A stretch of 10,453 nucleotides of DNA, taken from Deinococcaceae bacterium. Its GTDB lineage: Bacteria; Deinococcota; Deinococci; Deinococcales; Trueperaceae. Below, in pieces: positions 9,101 to 10,453 of this stretch. Below the pieces are notes generated by a model. The model was not told the origin of the DNA, did not search any database, and worked only from the letters and a program-made list of their open reading frames with translations. Made by a program: the position numbers and the translations under genes. The DNA is taken from the NCBI GenBank assembly GCA_040256005.1, contig JBDZWC010000103.1, positions 1 through 10,453 of the forward strand, written 5' to 3'. The first letter of the stretch is position 1; the number at the start of each line of letters is the position of its first letter.

Positions 9101-10453
9101 GCCTAGCGTCACTTGGCCGGAGGCCGTGACGTCGACGTCGGCGCCGAACGCGGCGCCTATCGTGCGGAAGTCGACGGTGCCTAAGTCCAGGGTGGCGCTC
9201 AAGTCGCCGCCCGTGCCGGTTATCTGGGTGATCAGCACGGGCTCCGCGCTCGGCGTCGCCGGGAGGGACGCGTTCAGCTCGCCCCGGTAAGTGGCGCCCT
9301 CGCCTGCGAGGCGCAGGCCCAGGTGCACGACGGGCGCGCCGGGCGGCTCGGCAAGGGCGGTGGCCGCGAGGTTCCACCCGGCGGACGCGTCCCAGGTGGC
9401 GAGCACCTCGACGGGGGAGGTGACGAACGCGGCGAGATCGGCGGCCCCGCCGGGCAGGGCGGCAGAGACCGCGGGTGGGGTGAGGGTCAAGGCGGCGGTG
9501 GCGTTCGTGGTGTCGCCGCGGGCCTCGACGGTGACTCCAGCGCCGGCGAGCGTGGCGGCGGCTGAAGGGTCGCTCAGGGTGCCGGCCAGTTCCGCCGTGA
9601 GCTGGGCCGGCTCGCCGAGCAGTGTGAAGTCCAGGTCCACCGCGCCGCTCAGTGCTCCGTCGGCCGTTACCTGGGCGGTTATCCAGTCACCGGTGATCCG
9701 CGGGCCGGGTAGGTCGGGGGCGAGCGTGAGCGTCGCCTGGAGAGGAGGGAGCGTGAAGTAGGGATCGCCCAGCAGTTCCGTGCTGCGCAGGATCGCGACC
9801 AGCCCCGCTGCCGGGTCCGCCGTCACCTCGGCGCGCACCGCGCCGCCCAGGGCAGACGCTTCACCCGCCAGGCGCAGGTCCGGCGCCAACCTCCCGTCCA
9901 GCCTCGCCGCCGTCTCCAACGGCCCGGTGGCGGTGGCGTTCACTACCAGGGCCGCGCCGGCGCCGGTGAGCCTGATCGTCGCCTGGGCCGGGTCGTCTCC
10001 GGGCAGGGCCAGCTCGGCACGCAGGCCGCCGTGCCAGCCCGTATCAGGATCGGCCATCAGGACACCGTCTAGCGTGGCGGTCAGGCCGGTGGGCGCCTGC
10101 CCCGGCAGGTACGGCGCCAGGTCGGTCGAGTCCGCGTTCAGGCTCAGCCGCCCGTCCTCAAGGGTCGCCAACAGGTCCTCGCCCACCTGGATGCGGAAGG
10201 CAGGCGCCAGCGGGTTGGCAGTGCCGGCCACGGTGAGCGAGCCGGTCGGTCTTGACCCTGGGGGCAACGGCGCTGCCAGTAGGTCCAGCGGTAGGTCGCC
10301 GGCGAGCGTCAGCCTCTCCGGGGTCCCGTGCGCCGTGAGCAGCGGTTCGCCGTTCGCCGCGAGCAGCTCCGCTGAGAGCTGCGTGCGTTCGAGGTTCGTC
10401 AGGTCGACGCGCCCGCCGTCTACGCTGACCGCTGCGAACAGGTCCTCGCCGGC
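3170..10453 (-). CDS. tamB: Giant translocation/assembly module TamB-family (AsmA-like, C-terminal DUF490) cell-envelope protein, >2427 aa, 5'-truncated by the window edge
   Basis: Single open frame from the window edge to TAG at 3170-3172. I translated 10268..10453 by hand and found no stop (AGEDLFAAVSVDGGRVDL...LPLDLLAAPLPPG). The sequence is dominated by alternating hydrophobic/polar Gly-rich beta-strands with recurring GTLxxP motifs. The C-terminal ~450 aa follow the DUF490 pattern: LDLTLSGTGAEPRLTGEARTLRGSLRFAGREFTL, PDLQVSA, LTEAELLTLVTLG, ALGLDVFEI, VRLGGYLNPELFASY. It ends in an amphipathic strand with a terminal aromatic (SFGVTFRW). Confidence 0.88.
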   Translation of the reverse strand, partial: AGEDLFAAVSVDGGRVDLTNLERTQLSAELLAANGEPLLTAHGTPERLTLAGDLPLDLLAAPLPPGSRPTGSLTVAGTANPLAPAFRIQVGEDLLATLEDGRLSLNADSTDLAPYLPGQAPTGLTATLDGVLMADPDTGWHGGLRAELALPGDDPAQATIRLTGAGAALVVNATATGPLETAARLDGRLAPDLRLAGEASALGGAVRAEVTADPAAGLVAILRSTELLGDPYFTLPPLQATLTLAPDLPGPRITGDWITAQVTADGALSGAVDLDFTLLGEPAQLTAELAGTLSDPSAAATLAGAGVTVEARGDTTNATAALTLTPPAVSAALPGGAADLAAFVTSPVEVLATWDASAGWNLAATALAEPPGAPVVHLGLRLAGEGATYRGELNASLPATPSAEPVLITQITGTGGDLSATLDLGTVDFRTIGAAFGADVDVTASGQVTLGTDPTTLDMDIDLAGTIEGAAVTLVGTGPDDMRFTLEAPEGELAGRLAWTEQRKVEVSGQVGGRPVDAWLELADDLETGRLHVDVPGARVDAALATAEGGLRSASVTGQLLGDGVAGFTGDLTAQVVIDGAEVQVTALRVDVASAPGLGDDLPLVIEGSGSLAPALALAGTVSAPEVAAADGGWQVGGSPLEASVRWLGLEVVYAFGPGEVTVAAPGDVTPALAVFAPDLSGLDLTVQGPGLTFNPSAGFSGRLTATAGGAQIPGQLQPAVATLSGAGSDLIVDLAAGATQDGAPLARLTAQVPAEALTSGRFVADVGVSGQVEAAGSLSVANSEAELRLTGDGLDAAAHLGVSGWSVEARLDEYDIADLVTQLEEPTLSLTLSGGSGTGGIAVEGIDLASGGSSITGSASLDGRVRAALRAQLDLSDLDLGETELTGVLRGPIVVVAPSVAQVLDASVTAQLDAAGVGVVGVPAQVDGALQVGGTVTDPVVFALLNGRGDLRGSLRLEAAPARGRVDLRSSLAYGDVTTDFRANVGPETVVASGSIRAGGAVLLIEDSAGGLSLTGAGLLDGWTATVSQGLRGLEASGPLSGVAPGMRGSASLRLGSASGTGEDGGRPWLEAEVTDLAVGGQDIGDIAFTSASAGAPIDIAGEGISGRVDPMDQSWTLSVASFSLPADVEVALTAEGRGASGTADLSAVGGGALALDANAHLALSATSAELSLEGSLLGGRLRADGARDAAGVWTGEVDLTGAGLPATDPAAALVATGVLQGNQLVPQVVLGTALYASGAGAAAAGRVTLGPGGVTLDQSVALPSVSAPLRVQGRVAPGLDLTFSGGGTQADQPRGQTRVREAAGGLTASGALNVPLGPVTAELSGGDGPGSPRVTLRPQAVPDARLVVDLAATDLGALVSRVTRDGLTVAGAGAASGAATLRLDPEPRLELRDLGLSAAGFAVELSGPLSMSAAELTGTLTIPLTADDPTLATLPLQVTADGGTWQLASDGPLGSLDAAFDTMEGRALVDVALAVPAAGAEGVPGQVTGGSVTARLAYDPVAGPTGTLSLTDVNLEPPAWGTLTIGAEATLADGRIGGAATLQSAAGAVSLTGDAPLSLLLPAATTEAELDEGDLQVRLRAVELSELPIVANVAPHLSGAVSGVVQVRDGFVLGQLLAPELAVGETPLPISAQVSGPLSRIDMALVTGGSLMSLTLDDMRLSGVTRLERFPLDLLAEAVVGPSDVSTLLTGVARVDLPLNDLGTGYAALASEELTLERAGVVTRGELTLTYDAGALRVDRATFSGRGEWRASGVLAPDDLDFELVAEDADFGPILGIFPALAQYGVGADGSFTFRASGDLSQPLVSFETEALDVQVAGTSYRLEDADVRIEGPALSAELTLRSLAPVTGALVVNGRADVSLDPVALRAVDVGFEGDLAVPGMGRVEGVHGTITQDPQFRPFLALSGELGSPFSVQGTLVPLDLRAGGTGLRVSYPGLLIADATVSADLRLRSEEGGVALGGLIRAEEVVLDPAASGAQAEAAPGASPETASGAQTDAGTPARSAAAAPEAADGAEEASEGSAAGAETAQPTGPPEARAAEPAEAQTAGQEHEDPSAASISPAGSPASPVNPPAPAPEPPRNALAALRFDDLRITAPQRVVLTTAFASLEAALDLTLSGTGAEPRLTGEARTLRGSLRFAGREFTLDQALATFSANRGVLPDLQVSAHTEFEKTRVLAGNSDVSFAAPDGRTFRVDLAFRGPVERTEEGQIRFDVDPALSSDAMIEVTADPDAPAAPAGGGVRPLTEAELLTLVTLGRLELGSDLIGAGGLGGAVAQGALDTAVDVLLLGEFQNAVREALGLDVFEIRTSAFSSLLEGDGDPFGVSVRLGGYLNPELFASYTIGTADPDDPGFAVTNEVALEYALGPLDLEISGRLDFPMSGVLASPRSELGVGLAYQLGGTVGLDLSTSLSTDRSAVSFGVTFRW
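4211..4534 (-). other. 108-aa Ala/Pro/Glu/Ser/Gly low-complexity, probably disordered insert within the TamB protein
   Basis: PAASGAQAEAAPGASPETASGAQTDAG...SPASPVNPPAPAPEPP interrupts the beta-strand pattern between AEEVVLD and RNALAALRFDDL. It has no aromatic residues, no Leu and only one Ile and one Val. Confidence 0.85.
4461..4528. repeat. Degenerate 20-nt direct repeat, 48 nt apart, inside the low-complexity insert
   Basis: tccgtctgtgcacccgaggc (4461-4480) versus tccgcctgcgcccccgaggc (4509-4528), 17/20 identical. They encode ASGAQTD and ASGAQAE in the tamB frame. Confidence 0.7.

Noticed and set aside
3606..9761. Series of long plus-strand ORFs (3606-4988, 3947-5185, 5070-6584, 5660-6643, 6783-7532 and others) opposite tamB
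   Set aside because: Their Ser/Pro/Ala/Arg-rich translations are what antisense frames of a GC3-biased gene produce. None shows domain-like sequence or initiation signals.
10265..10267. TTG start given for the 2365-aa ORF
   Set aside because: There is no SD and no signal or anchor sequence after it. The frame continues stop-free with the same composition to 10453, so it is an internal Leu codon.
3170..10453. Giant ORF as an autotransporter, adhesin, S-layer protein or Rhs/RTX toxin
   Set aside because: There is no 12-strand autotransporter barrel, no YD or GGxGxD repeats and no Ig-like or SLH repeats. The DUF490-type motifs and C-terminal organisation fit TamB better.
1..10453. CRISPR arrays, tRNA/rRNA/ncRNA genes, IS elements or phage/defence genes
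   Set aside because: Only 31 nt of the window are intergenic. I found no regularly spaced repeats, terminal inverted repeats or compositional island.

Overview
A GC-rich (roughly 70%+ by eye), almost fully coding bacterial window with three genes. (1) A 5'-truncated multi-pass ABC-2-type exporter permease on + (<1..1530). (2) An intact ATP-dependent phosphoenolpyruvate carboxykinase, pckA, on - (1539..3146). (3) The last 2427 residues of a giant TamB/DUF490 (AsmA-like) envelope protein on - (3170..>10453). Its frame stays open to the window edge, so the TTG start at 10267 in the ORF track is an artefact. The style of the TamB and permease suggests Deinococcota (Truepera/Thermus/Deinococcus-like), which is an inference. 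I see no RNA genes, mobile elements, CRISPR arrays or defence systems, and I cannot claim a wholly new system. The best leads are: an apparent eight-strand (rather than six-strand) outer-membrane C-terminus on the TamB; a 108-aa disordered insert at the start of its DUF490 region; near absence of Lys and Cys over 2427 aa; and a 23-nt tamB-pckA junction holding a Shine-Dalgarno, an anti-SD hairpin that includes the tamB stop codon, and a candidate extended -10 promoter. The other long ORFs in the track are high-GC shadow frames.
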